Below, in pieces: positions 1 through 9,019 of a stretch of 59,954 nucleotides of DNA (position 1 is the first letter of the stretch; each line of letters starts with the position of its first letter). The stretch covers positions 1 to 59,954 of the forward strand of contig VBOT01000029.1 of NCBI GenBank assembly GCA_005893225.1, in the 5' to 3' direction. The stretch comes from Candidatus Eiseniibacteriota bacterium (lineage in GTDB: Bacteria; Eisenbacteria; RBG-16-71-46). Both the position numbers and the translations under genes were made by a program. The notes below the pieces were generated by a model that saw nothing but the letters and a program-made list of their open reading frames with translations, had not been told where the DNA came from and searched no databases.

Positions 1-92
1 CTCACACTTCGACCGGCTCGGCGTTCCTCGCCTGGCCGGCCGCTGAACCATCGAACCGCCGGATGCGGACCCGCATGTCCGGTGGTGTGGGA

Positions 93-122
93 GGGGGTTA
101 GCGGGACGAACCCGCTACCCCC
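93..122 (-). terminator. GC-rich hairpin downstream of the histidine phosphatase gene (possible terminator)
   Basis: The inverted repeat gggggttagcggg / cccgctaccccc has a 5-nt loop and lies about 30 nt past the stop at 154. No clear U-tract follows it. Confidence 0.3.
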
Positions 123-153
123 TATCCCGATCTAACCCGACCATGAAGAGGGG

Positions 154-933
154 CTAGTTCCGAGCGGCTCCGGCTGGCGCGCGCGGCGGGGCCGCATAGG
201 TCTGGAGCGAGGGGGGCAGATGGCCGACGTCGTTCAGCCCCACGAGTTTCATCGTTCCGTCAGGACGGATCTGGATCGTGGTGAGGCTGCAGTTGGCGAT
301 CCACATCCGGTTCCACACGTGAGGCTCGATCCCGAGCGCGCGACAGCACAGGTAGCGGATCACGTTCCCGTGGCAGACCAGCACCTCGCTGCTGTCCCGC
401 AGGGCCGAGGGCCGGAAGTAGCGAGCGAACGCCCGATCGATCCGGTCGCGACAGGCCACCTGCTCGCCCCGGAACAAGCGCACCCTGAAGTCGACCGGCC
501 GGAAGGGAGGAGTGCACTCGCGAAGATCGGTGGACAGCCGGGGCCTGAGCGAGAGGGTCTTGGCGATGACCTCGGCCGTCTCCCGGGCGCGTGTCATGGT
601 GCTCGCATGCAGGGCGGTGATTCTCACCGGCAGGGCGGCGAGCCGTTCGGCCACGAGGCGGGCCTGCTCGCGCCCCTCCGGCACCAGGTGTTTGCCCACG
701 TCGGGGTCGCGCGGATCGACCTCGTCGTAGAGCCCGTGCCGGACCAGGTACAGCGTCCGCACCCCGGTGCCCGCCCGGGCATGCGCGGCGCCGGACGGGG
801 CTGGCGCGACCGCGGTGCGTGGAGCGGGAGCCCCGCTCGAGGGTGCGGGAGCCGGCGCCGCGAGCAGCAGGGCGATTCCGACGAGGCAAGCGGCATTCCG
901 GCGGCCCCTCGAGATCCACGTCGGCGCCGTCAC
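154..933 (-). CDS. Secreted histidine phosphatase family protein (phosphoglycerate-mutase-like)
   Basis: This is the last 259 codons of ORF 154..1851. It has the RHG motif (LYLVRHG), a later CHGN, and a hydrophobic signal-like N-terminus (AACLVGIALLLAAPAPA). The GTG start at 933 overlaps the TGA of add (GTGA). Confidence 0.75.
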   Translation of the reverse strand: MTAPTWISRGRRNAACLVGIALLLAAPAPAPSSGAPAPRTAVAPAPSGAAHARAGTGVRTLYLVRHGLYDEVDPRDPDVGKHLVPEGREQARLVAERLAALPVRITALHASTMTRARETAEVIAKTLSLRPRLSTDLRECTPPFRPVDFRVRLFRGEQVACRDRIDRAFARYFRPSALRDSSEVLVCHGNVIRYLCCRALGIEPHVWNRMWIANCSLTTIQIRPDGTMKLVGLNDVGHLPPSLQTYAAPPRAPAGAARN

Positions 934-1961
934 CGAGCCTCCCTCGCCCCGCCGCTGCCCAGGGCGACCGCCTTGGCCCGGGCCAGCGCATCGCGTTCCT
1001 CGCGCGAGAGGAACGCGACCTCGAGTGCGTTCCTCTGGGCCTGCCGGACCTGCTCCGGCGCGAGTCCCGCCGCCGGCGCGGCGACCCGGTACTCGTGCGG
1101 GAGATCGATGCCGCTGATGCCGGGATCGTCGGTGTTGATGGTGGCGAGCAGCCCGCGCTCCAGCCAGCGGCGCAGCGGATGGCTGCCGTAGCCCGGCACC
1201 GTACGGGTCTGGACGTTGCTCGTGAGATTGGCCTCGATCCCGATCCCGCGTTCCAGCATGTAGTCGAGCAGCGCCGGGTCCTCCGAGGCGCGAACCGCGT
1301 GCCCGATGCGCGCCGCGCCGAGTTCGCGCAGCGCCTTCCACACGCTCTCCGGCCCGGCGGCCTCCCCGGCATGGACCGTGACCCGCCAGCCCGAATCGCG
1401 GGCGCGGCGGAAGTGGTCGACGAAGAGATCCGCCGGCTGGCCGGCTTCGTCGCCCGCGAGATCCAGCCCCACGATCCGCCCGCGATGCCGGAGCAGCGCT
1501 TCGAGCTCCCGGCGCGCGATCTCGGGCCCGTAGGTGCGGCTCAGGATTCCGATCGCGCCGGTCGGGAGACCGAAGTCCCGCGCGCCCGCCGACACGCCGT
1601 CGAGGACTGCTTCCACCACGCCCGCCGGGTCGAGGCCATGGGTCTCGGCCATGAACCACGGGCTGAAGCGGAGCTCGACGTAATCGATCCCTTCCTGCCG
1701 GGCGTCCGCCACGCTCTCGTACGCTACGCGGCGGCATGCCTCCAGGTCGACCAGCACGGCGGTCATCCACCGGAAGCGCGCGATGAAGGCCATCACCCCG
1801 GGCTCGGGCTCGGCCACCTGGACGTGGGGCCTCAGGCCCTCCACGTCCCACGCCGGCAGCTCGATGCCGTGGCGGCGACCCAGGTCTAGGATGGTCTCGA
1901 GACGCACGCTGCCGTCGAGGTGGCGGTGAAGGTCGATGAGCGGCAGCGCGGGATCGATCAT
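930..1961 (-). CDS. add: Adenosine deaminase
   Basis: The 343-aa ORF opens with the typical N-terminus LIDLHRHLDGSVR and also carries HAGE and TINTDDP metal/active-site motifs. Confidence 0.9.
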   Translation of the reverse strand: MIDPALPLIDLHRHLDGSVRLETILDLGRRHGIELPAWDVEGLRPHVQVAEPEPGVMAFIARFRWMTAVLVDLEACRRVAYESVADARQEGIDYVELRFSPWFMAETHGLDPAGVVEAVLDGVSAGARDFGLPTGAIGILSRTYGPEIARRELEALLRHRGRIVGLDLAGDEAGQPADLFVDHFRRARDSGWRVTVHAGEAAGPESVWKALRELGAARIGHAVRASEDPALLDYMLERGIGIEANLTSNVQTRTVPGYGSHPLRRWLERGLLATINTDDPGISGIDLPHEYRVAAPAAGLAPEQVRQAQRNALEVAFLSREERDALARAKAVALGSGGAREAR

Positions 1962-1971
1962 GCGGCGCGAG

Positions 1972-2385
1972 TCACAGCTCCAGGGCCTTCACCGCCTTCT
2001 CGTAGTCGTCCGGTCTCACGTAGATGATGTATCCGTAGCTTCCCCTGCCGTCGGTCACCCCGCTCGAGGCGTACACGTTCACCTGCGCCTGGCCGAGCTT
2101 GGCGTGGACGCGCGTCAGCGCGCCCAGCTCGTCGTCGCCTTGTACCAGGAGCGCGCGGTGGGGTCCGTCCAGGACCAGCCCGGCGCGCTTGGCCGAGTCG
2201 ACGAGCTTCGCTGGGTCCTCCGGAAACAGCGCCACCTGGGTTCGATCTGGCCCGAAGGGCACCGCCGTGAGCGCCATCAGGTTCACTCCGAGGCTGGCCA
2301 GCCCGGTGAGGAGCTTGTACGCCTCGCCGGGCTGGTCCTCGATCGTGGCATAGAAGTAGTCCACGCGCCGGATCTCGTATGCCAT
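1972..2385 (-). CDS. ACT-domain-like small protein
   Basis: The 137-aa ORF shows two beta-alpha-beta-beta-alpha-beta style repeats (YFYATIEDQPGEAYKLL ... LLVQGDDELGALTRVHAKL). It lies between the ALDH gene and add. Confidence 0.7.
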   Translation of the reverse strand: MAYEIRRVDYFYATIEDQPGEAYKLLTGLASLGVNLMALTAVPFGPDRTQVALFPEDPAKLVDSAKRAGLVLDGPHRALLVQGDDELGALTRVHAKLGQAQVNVYASSGVTDGRGSYGYIIYVRPDDYEKAVKALEL

Positions 2386-2412
2386 GGAACCCGCCCCCGC
2401 CGGCCGCGGCGC

Positions 2413-3948
2413 CTAAAGGTCGAACTTCACGCCCTGCGCGAGCGGAAGCTCCCGGCCGTAATTGATGGTCACGGTCTGCCGGCGCATGTAGAGCCTCCAG
2501 GCGTCCGAGCCGGCCTCTCGCCCGCCCCCCGTGTCCTTCTCGCCGCCGAACGCGCCGCCGATCTCCGCCCCCGAGGTTCCGATGTTGACGTTGGCGATGC
2601 CGCAGTCGCTCCCCGCCGCGGAGAGGAACTTCTCCGCCGCGAGCAGATCGCGGGTGAAGATGGCGGACGAGAGGCCCTGGGTGACGCCGTTGTTGACGGC
2701 GATGGCCTCGTCGACGCCCCGGACCTCGATCAGGTAGAGGATCGGCGCGAACGTCTCCTCCTGCACGATCTTCATGTCGGCCCGGGCCCTCACCAGCGCG
2801 GGCTCGACGAAATGGCCGGGCCGCTGGAGCCGCCGGCCGCCCCACAGCACCTCGCCGCCTTCGCCCCGGACCTGCTCGAGCGCGCGCATCATCGCCTCCA
2901 CCGCGTCCTCGTCGATCAACGGGCCCATCAAGGTGTCGGGGTCGAGGGGGTCGCCGATCCGCACCGAGGCGTAGACCTTCTCGAGGCGCTCGGTCATCTC
3001 GGCGGCGATGCCCTTCTGGAGCAGCAGCCGGCGCGTCGAGGTGCAGCGCTGCCCGGCCGTCCCGACCGCGGCGAAGGTGACCGCCCGGGTCGCGAGGTCC
3101 AGGTCGGCGTCGTCCAGCACCGTCACCGCGTTGTTGCCGCCCAGCTCGAGCAGGGTGCGGCCCATGCGCGGCCCCACCACCTCGGCGATGCGGCGGCCCA
3201 TGCGGCAGCTCCCGGTGGCCGAGATGAGCGGCACGCGCCGGTCGGCCAGCAAACTCTCGCCCACCTCGGAGGCCGAGCCCACCACCAGGTTGAACACTCC
3301 CGGGCAGCCCTGCGCCTCCATCACCCGGTTGCAGATCTGCTGCACCGCCGCCGCGCACAGCGGCACCTTGTGGGACGGCTTCCAGATCACCGGGTCGCCG
3401 CACACCGCGGCCACCGCCGCGTTCCAGGCCCACACCGCCACCGGAAAGTTGAAGGCGGTGATGACGCCCACCGGGCCGAGCGGGTGCCACTGCTCGTACA
3501 TGCGGTGACTCGCGCGCTCGCTGTGCATGGAAAGGCCGTAGAGCTGGCGCGACAGCCCGACGGCGAAGTCGCAGATGTCGATCATCTCCTGCACCTCGCC
3601 GAGCCCCTCGGAGAGGATCTTTCCGTTCTCGATCGAGACCAGGCGGCCGAGATCCTGCTTGTGGCGGCGCAGCTCGTTCCCCAGTTCCCGCACCACCTCG
3701 CCCCGCGCGGGCGCGGGCACGAGCCGCCAGGTCTCGAAGGCTTTCTGGGCCGCCTGCATCACGGCCTCGTAGTCGCCCGCCGAGGCCATTCGGACGCGCG
3801 CGATCGGCTCGCCGGTGGCCGGGTTGTGCGACACGGCCTCGGGTCCGTGCGCCTCGAGAAAGCGGCCTGCGGCCACGCCGGATTGCGGGTCGCCGAGGCC
3901 GAGACGCCCGAGCACGCCGTTCAAGACCTGGGCGGTTGAGGTGGTCAT
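2413..3948 (-). CDS. Aldehyde dehydrogenase, ALDH7 / aminoadipate-semialdehyde (piperideine-6-carboxylate) dehydrogenase-like
   Basis: The 511 aa run from MTTSTAQ. They contain ALDH motifs ELGGNNA and GQRCTS (catalytic Cys), FNFPVAVW, and the C-terminal GGEKDTGGGRE typical of the ALDH7 family. The upstream 47 codons of the track ORF look non-coding. Confidence 0.88.
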   Translation of the reverse strand: MTTSTAQVLNGVLGRLGLGDPQSGVAAGRFLEAHGPEAVSHNPATGEPIARVRMASAGDYEAVMQAAQKAFETWRLVPAPARGEVVRELGNELRRHKQDLGRLVSIENGKILSEGLGEVQEMIDICDFAVGLSRQLYGLSMHSERASHRMYEQWHPLGPVGVITAFNFPVAVWAWNAAVAAVCGDPVIWKPSHKVPLCAAAVQQICNRVMEAQGCPGVFNLVVGSASEVGESLLADRRVPLISATGSCRMGRRIAEVVGPRMGRTLLELGGNNAVTVLDDADLDLATRAVTFAAVGTAGQRCTSTRRLLLQKGIAAEMTERLEKVYASVRIGDPLDPDTLMGPLIDEDAVEAMMRALEQVRGEGGEVLWGGRRLQRPGHFVEPALVRARADMKIVQEETFAPILYLIEVRGVDEAIAVNNGVTQGLSSAIFTRDLLAAEKFLSAAGSDCGIANVNIGTSGAEIGGAFGGEKDTGGGREAGSDAWRLYMRRQTVTINYGRELPLAQGVKFDL

Positions 3949-3988
3949 GGGTGAAGCTCCGGGTGAAACGTCGAAATGCCTAGTGCGC

Positions 3989-4138
3989 TTAGTGCCCGTG
4001 CTCGTGCTCCTCGAGCGTCCGCTCCTGGCGCTTGAGGAGTACCCCGACTCCGAGAAAGAGAAGCACCCAGGCAGCGATCCAGAACGCACCGAAGATCATG
4101 AAGACGGTCGAAAGCGTCGAGTTCAAGTCGAGGATCAT
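3989..4138 (-). CDS. Small (49 aa) single-pass membrane protein, unannotated
   Basis: My own translation is MILDLNSTLSTVFMIFGAFWIAAWVLLFLGVGVLLKRQERTLEEHEHGH. GGGAGAG lies 8 nt upstream of the ATG. The ORF fills the gap between pckG and the ALDH gene and is below the size cutoff of the ORF track. Confidence 0.4.
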   Translation of the reverse strand: MILDLNSTLSTVFMIFGAFWIAAWVLLFLGVGVLLKRQERTLEEHEHGH

Positions 4139-4219
4139 GTCAGGGACTCTCCCATGAGGTTCTCGTCCACGGCGGGCAGCGATCCCGGAACCGGACTCTG
4201 GTGTTCCCCCTCGGGGGGG

Positions 4220-6001
4220 TCACCGCCCGGCGGCGACCGCCGCCTTCTGCAGGCGCTGCTCGAGGGCCGCCAGGTCTTCCCTGAGTCCCTGGGGAAGACG
4301 CGGCTCGAACCTCGCCAGGTGGCTCTTGATCGCGGGCAGCTCGGCCATCCACCCCTCGACGTCGACCCGCAGCAGCTCGGCCATGCTCGAGTCGGGAATC
4401 CTCAGGCCCGAAAGGTCCAGGGCCCCGGGCGCAGGAAGTCTCCCGATCGGGGTCTCGACGGCCTTCCCCGTCCCCTCGGTTCGCTCGAAGATCCACTTGA
4501 GCACGCGGCTGTTGTCGCCGTAGCCGGGCCACAGGAACCTGCCGTCGGGGTCCTTGCGGAACCAGTTGACGTGGTAGATGCGGGGTAGCTGGGCCGGATC
4601 GGCGGAAGCGCCGATCCTGAGCCAGTGGGCGAAGTAATCCCCCATGTGATAGCCGCAGAACGGCAGCATCGCGAACGGATCGAAGCGCAGCCGGCCGACC
4701 GCTCCGGCCGCGGCGGCGGTGGTCTCGCTGCTCATGATCGAGCCCAGGAAGGTCCCGTGCCGCCAGTCGAGGGCCTCGTTCACGAGCGGCACGACGCCGG
4801 CCCGCCGGCCGCCGAAGAGGATCGCCGAGATCGGAACGCCCTTCGGGTTCTCCCATTCGGGAGAGATCACCGGACATTGCCGGGCCGGCGTGGTGAAGCG
4901 GGCATTGGGGTGCGCGGCCGTCCGCCCGTTGCCGGGCGCCCACGGGCGGCGCAGCCAGTCCACCAGCTCAGGCGGCGGCGCCTCGGTCATCTCCTCCCAC
5001 CACACGTCGCCGTCGGGCGTGATCGCGCAGTTGGTGAAGATCGAGTTCTCCCGGCAGGTCCGCAGGGCGTTGGGATTGCTCCTCATGCTGGTCCCGGGAG
5101 CGACCCCGAAGAAGCCGGCCTCGGGATTGATCGCGTGGAGCCTCCCGTCGGCCCCGAACTTCATCCACGCGATGTCGTCGCCGATGGTCTCGACCCGCCA
5201 GCCGGGGAGCGTGGGGTTCATCATCGCCAGGTTGGTCTTGCCGCAGGCCGAGGGGAACGCCGCCGCCATGTAGGCCTTCCGCCCCTCGGGGTTGGTGATG
5301 CCGAGGATCAGCATGTGCTCGGCGAGCCACCCCTCGTCGCGCGCCTGGACCGAGGCGATGCGCAGGGCGTGGCACTTCTTGCCGAGCAGGGCGTTGCCGC
5401 CGTAGCCGGAGCCGAACGACCAGATCTCGCGTGTCTCCGGGAAGTGGCAGATGTACTTCGTGCCCGTGTTGCAGGGCCAGGGCGAGTCGGCGGCGTGCTC
5501 GGCCAGCGGGGCGCCGACCGAGTGCAGGCCCCGCACGAACTCTCCGTCCGGTCCCAGCGCCTCGAGCACCGGGGCGCCGACCCGCGCCATGATGTGCATG
5601 CTGGCGACGACGTAGGGCGAGTCCGTCACCTGGACTCCGACCTTGGCAATCGGAATCACGTAGAGGGTGCGGCCCTTCATGGCGCCGCTGAAGAGCTGGG
5701 TCAGCGTGCGCTTCATCTCGGCCGGGTCGCGCCAGTGATTGGTCGGCCCCGCGTCACCCTGCTGCCGCGAGCAGATGAAGATGAACTCCTCCACGCGCGC
5801 GACGTCGGCCGGGTCGGAGCGGACGAAGATGCTGTTGGGACGCCTCTCGCCATCGAGCCGGATGGCGGTTCCCGCCTGCACGAGCAGCCGCAGCATCAGC
5901 TGGTACTCGTGGTCCGAGCCGTCGCACCACACCACGCGCTCGGGCTGGCACATGGCGGCCGTTTCCTGCACCCAGACTTCGAGCTTCCGATTCTCGGTCA
6001 T
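4220..6001 (-). CDS. pckG: Phosphoenolpyruvate carboxykinase (GTP)
   Basis: The sequence is very close to GTP-PEPCKs, with [41 protein letters not shown] and [10 protein letters not shown] prefer the ATG at 6001 ([10 protein letters not shown]). A GTG at 6052 is an alternative start. Confidence 0.9.
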   Translation of the reverse strand: MTENRKLEVWVQETAAMCQPERVVWCDGSDHEYQLMLRLLVQAGTAIRLDGERRPNSIFVRSDPADVARVEEFIFICSRQQGDAGPTNHWRDPAEMKRTLTQLFSGAMKGRTLYVIPIAKVGVQVTDSPYVVASMHIMARVGAPVLEALGPDGEFVRGLHSVGAPLAEHAADSPWPCNTGTKYICHFPETREIWSFGSGYGGNALLGKKCHALRIASVQARDEGWLAEHMLILGITNPEGRKAYMAAAFPSACGKTNLAMMNPTLPGWRVETIGDDIAWMKFGADGRLHAINPEAGFFGVAPGTSMRSNPNALRTCRENSIFTNCAITPDGDVWWEEMTEAPPPELVDWLRRPWAPGNGRTAAHPNARFTTPARQCPVISPEWENPKGVPISAILFGGRRAGVVPLVNEALDWRHGTFLGSIMSSETTAAAAGAVGRLRFDPFAMLPFCGYHMGDYFAHWLRIGASADPAQLPRIYHVNWFRKDPDGRFLWPGYGDNSRVLKWIFERTEGTGKAVETPIGRLPAPGALDLSGLRIPDSSMAELLRVDVEGWMAELPAIKSHLARFEPRLPQGLREDLAALEQRLQKAAVAAGR

Positions 6002-6134
6002 GCGGTTGGTCTCGATCAGGCGATGCCGTTTGGGCAAAGTGAAGCGCGCCACGAGCCTCGCGGCCGGCGCGTGATACTACCCGATCGCTCGGACATCGCA
6101 ACCACCTCCGACGATCGGCATCGCCGGGCCATCT

Positions 6135-6380
6135 CTACGATCGCTTGACCCTGTTCCGCACAGCCGCGAGCACGGACCCGACTGACGGCAGGACGCCGAG
6201 GAAGCCGAGCGTTCCACTCTGCGCCACGACCTCTCCATCGACCAGCACCTTGAACTCCCCGTAGCGTCCGCTCACCATCTCGACCGCTTCACCCAGCTCC
6301 TTCCGGATTCGCGCCGCCGCCCGGGCGGCGAGGAGGGAAGTGACTCAGTAGGTGCAGTAGCGGATCGTGACTCGGTTCAT
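6135..6380 (-). CDS. SelW/SelT/SelH (Rdx) family selenoprotein, with in-frame TGA = Sec at 6345..6347
   Basis: My own translation is MNRVTIRYCTYU VTSLLAARAAARIRKELGEAVEMVSGRYGEFKVLVDGEVVAQSGTLGFLGVLPSVGSVLAAVRNRVKRS. The CxxU motif sits where Rdx proteins have CxxC/U. AGGAGG lies 7 nt upstream of the ATG. Coding-like sequence continues for 69 codons past the TGA. Confidence 0.75.
6300..6340 (-). promoter_or_regulatory. Candidate bacterial SECIS hairpin for the SelW-like gene
   Basis: The structure starts 4 nt after the UGA. The outer stem is CUUCC/GGAAG and the inner stem is CGCCGCC-[CGGGC]-GGCGGCG, with a G-rich apical loop about 25 nt downstream of the UGA. Confidence 0.5.
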
Positions 6381-6422
6381 GGGATCCTCCTTTCGTGGCC
6401 TGGAACGCCCTCGCGCACCCGT

Positions 6423-7211
6423 TCAGGAGGGCTCGAGGCGGGAGAGCCAGGCTTCCACGGACTCCGCCAGCTCGTCGAGCACCTGCTCGCCGGTCCTGCC
6501 CGAGCGCTTGAGCACCCCGAACGAGTGGTCCGCGCCCTCCACGACGTGGAGCGTGGGGCGATCGCCCAGGCGATCCAGGACCCCCCGCAGCAGCGCCAGG
6601 TCGGCGAAATCGTCACGCGTCCCCTGCAGGAACAGCATGGGCACGGTCACGTCCTCGAGGTGTCGGGCCCGGGTGACCGAAGGTCGGCCCGGCGGATGGA
6701 GCGGGAACCCGAGGAAGACCAGGCCGCGCACCGAGGGCAGCGCCCCTTCCGCGATGGCGGTCGAGGTCATGCGGCCGCCGAACGACTTTCCCCCCGCGAC
6801 GAGCGCCGCCCCCGGGCAGCACCGGGAGGCTTCGGTCACCGCCGCTCGCACCGCGGCGACGGCCACCGGCGGCGGATCGGGCCGGCTGCCTCCCCGTTCC
6901 ATGTAGGGAAACTGGTAGCGAAGGGTCGCGATGCCGCGTCCCGCCAGTCGCTCGGCCATCGCCGCCATGAACGGATGTCTCATCCCCGCACCCGCGCCGT
7001 GAGCGAGGACGTAGAGCCATCGAGCCTCACCGGGCACGAGGAGGAGCCCCGAGACCTCTCCGTGGGGGCCGGCGCTGAAACGGATCGACTCCGGTGGCGC
7101 CGGCGCCGGGACTCCGCGAGGCGCGGGATGGATACCCGAGCCGGGACCCTCCGTCGTCGGCGCGCCCATCGGGGTGCCAGGACTGTCGTCGCGAGCGTGC
7201 CGGGGCGGCAT
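6423..7211 (-). CDS. Alpha/beta hydrolase (dienelactone-hydrolase / KANL3-like)
   Basis: This is the last 262 codons of the 898-aa track ORF. It has a nucleophile elbow GKSFGG and HGAGAG, followed by a D...H region. The ATG at 7211 shares one base with the TGA of the upstream gene. Confidence 0.8.
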   Translation of the reverse strand: MPPRHARDDSPGTPMGAPTTEGPGSGIHPAPRGVPAPAPPESIRFSAGPHGEVSGLLLVPGEARWLYVLAHGAGAGMRHPFMAAMAERLAGRGIATLRYQFPYMERGGSRPDPPPVAVAAVRAAVTEASRCCPGAALVAGGKSFGGRMTSTAIAEGALPSVRGLVFLGFPLHPPGRPSVTRARHLEDVTVPMLFLQGTRDDFADLALLRGVLDRLGDRPTLHVVEGADHSFGVLKRSGRTGEQVLDELAESVEAWLSRLEPS

Positions 7212-9019
7212 CAGCGTCGGACCCGCAGCTCGTCCAGCGGCCGCACCTCCCCGCCGCGGATCACGTAGCGGATCCGCCGCAGGTTCGCGACCCCGGCCAG
7301 CGGGTCGGCGGCGACCACCAACAGGTCCGCCGCCTTCCCCGGCTGTACGGTCCCGAACTCGTCGAGCTTCCCCATCGCCAGCGCCCCGCCCCGCGTCGAG
7401 GCCACGATCACCGCCATCGGGGAGAGACCGGCCGCCTGCATGGCTTCCATCTCCGCGTGGACCGACAGTCCGTGCAAGGTGAGCGGGTTTCCCGCGTCGG
7501 TTCCCATCGCGATCGGGATCCCCGCCCTGTGGACCCGGACGAGGTTCGCCGCCATGATGCCCCGCAACTGGGCCAGCCCCGAGGGGTCCGCGCCCCGCGA
7601 CGGATCGAGCCGCCCGGCGCCGACCGCCGGAGTGCTCGCGATGTGCGCGAGGGTCAGGGAGTCCACGCAGCCCAGGGGATCGTCGATCGCGGGCGGCTTG
7701 CCGGTCCGGACCGATTCGTACACGCGAGCGTAGCCGTCGGCCACCGTCAGGGTCGGGCAGTAGATGGCGTGGCCGGCACGCGCGAGACGGATGAACTCCT
7801 CGTCCACCGGCCGGTCCCACACGCTGTGCACGAGCACCTTCGCCCCCGCCCGGAGCGCCGCCTTGGCCTCGCGAAGTCCGGTGGCGTGAACGATGAGCGG
7901 GAGCCCCGAACGCCGCGCTTCGTCTCCCGCCGCGGCCACCGCGCGGGCCATCTCGTCGAAGTCGCGACCCGGCGCGATGATGAACCACACCTTGACGGCC
8001 GCCGACCCCAGAGACTCGAGATAACGCACGCCGTCGCGCGCCACGGCCTCGTCCTTCAAGTAGATGAACTGCCGCTCGGCGGGAAGGTTGAGCCAGAAGT
8101 CGAGGGTCGAAAGCAGCGGGCCCGCGGCCGCCACGTGCGGGGCGCGCGGGTCCCCTCGGGCCTGGCGCTGCATCGCCACCGTCCACGGGTAGCCGCCGAC
8201 GTCGAACACCGCCGTCACGCCCGAGCACAGATAGCTCCTGAACCAGGTTTCCGGATGCGAGCGCAGGCGCTCCTCGACCTGCTCGTAGGGGTAGACGTCG
8301 CGGGCATCGAGGGCGTCGGGCCGGCCGTCGACCCAGCCGGTCTGCGAGAAGTGGACGTGGGCGTCGACCAGGCCGGGCGTGATCCAGAGGCCGCCGAGGT
8401 CGAGCGTGTCCACTCCCGCCGGCACGCGGCACCGGGTGCGCGGCCCGGCGCATTCGATCTTCCCGTCGCGCAGCACCACCACCGCGTCGCGGACCGGGGG
8501 CTTCCCGGTGCCGTCGATGAGCGTGGCGCCGACCAGGGCCCGGGGCGGAGGCGGCGTCCCGGGAGGCGCCGGAAACGCGGTGGTGACGGCGATCCGCCAG
8601 CCGCGCGGCGTGCTCACGAACAGGCGCTCCGAGAGCCCCGACTGCTCGTCCTCTCCGTAACGCACGCGGTAGCGATAGGTCCCGTAGACGATGCCCTCGC
8701 GGACCGGGGCGAGCTTCAGGTCCGAGGCGTCGAAGAAGTCCGGCCAGTCGTTGGCGCCGGTACGATCGGCCAGATCCTTGAAGCCGAGCCTGAACCCCAC
8801 GGGCCCGGTGCGGGCCAGGGAATCCGACTCGAGGTAGCAGGCGAGATAGGCGGCTCGGTCCCGGCGGCGGATCGCATCCAGGTTGGTCCGAAAGAGCGCC
8901 CGCGCGGCGCCGAGGTCGGGGCTCTGGCGCTCGACGCCCCGGGCGGCGGTGGGTGGAGCGGCGAGCACGCCGATCCCCACGACCAGCAGGCCCCGTTCGA
9001 ACGCCGTTCGAAGGTTCAT
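7211..9019 (-). CDS. Secreted amidohydrolase with an N-terminal NTF2/SnoaL-like domain
   Basis: The protein has a signal-like N-terminus and a metal-binding VDAHVHF motif. LIVHATG and MGTDAGN motifs typical of the imidazolonepropionase/prolidase-like amidohydrolase superfamily follow. Both ends overlap their neighbours by 1-4 nt. Confidence 0.85.
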   Translation of the reverse strand: MNLRTAFERGLLVVGIGVLAAPPTAARGVERQSPDLGAARALFRTNLDAIRRRDRAAYLACYLESDSLARTGPVGFRLGFKDLADRTGANDWPDFFDASDLKLAPVREGIVYGTYRYRVRYGEDEQSGLSERLFVSTPRGWRIAVTTAFPAPPGTPPPPRALVGATLIDGTGKPPVRDAVVVLRDGKIECAGPRTRCRVPAGVDTLDLGGLWITPGLVDAHVHFSQTGWVDGRPDALDARDVYPYEQVEERLRSHPETWFRSYLCSGVTAVFDVGGYPWTVAMQRQARGDPRAPHVAAAGPLLSTLDFWLNLPAERQFIYLKDEAVARDGVRYLESLGSAAVKVWFIIAPGRDFDEMARAVAAAGDEARRSGLPLIVHATGLREAKAALRAGAKVLVHSVWDRPVDEEFIRLARAGHAIYCPTLTVADGYARVYESVRTGKPPAIDDPLGCVDSLTLAHIASTPAVGAGRLDPSRGADPSGLAQLRGIMAANLVRVHRAGIPIAMGTDAGNPLTLHGLSVHAEMEAMQAAGLSPMAVIVASTRGGALAMGKLDEFGTVQPGKAADLLVVAADPLAGVANLRRIRYVIRGGEVRPLDELRVRR

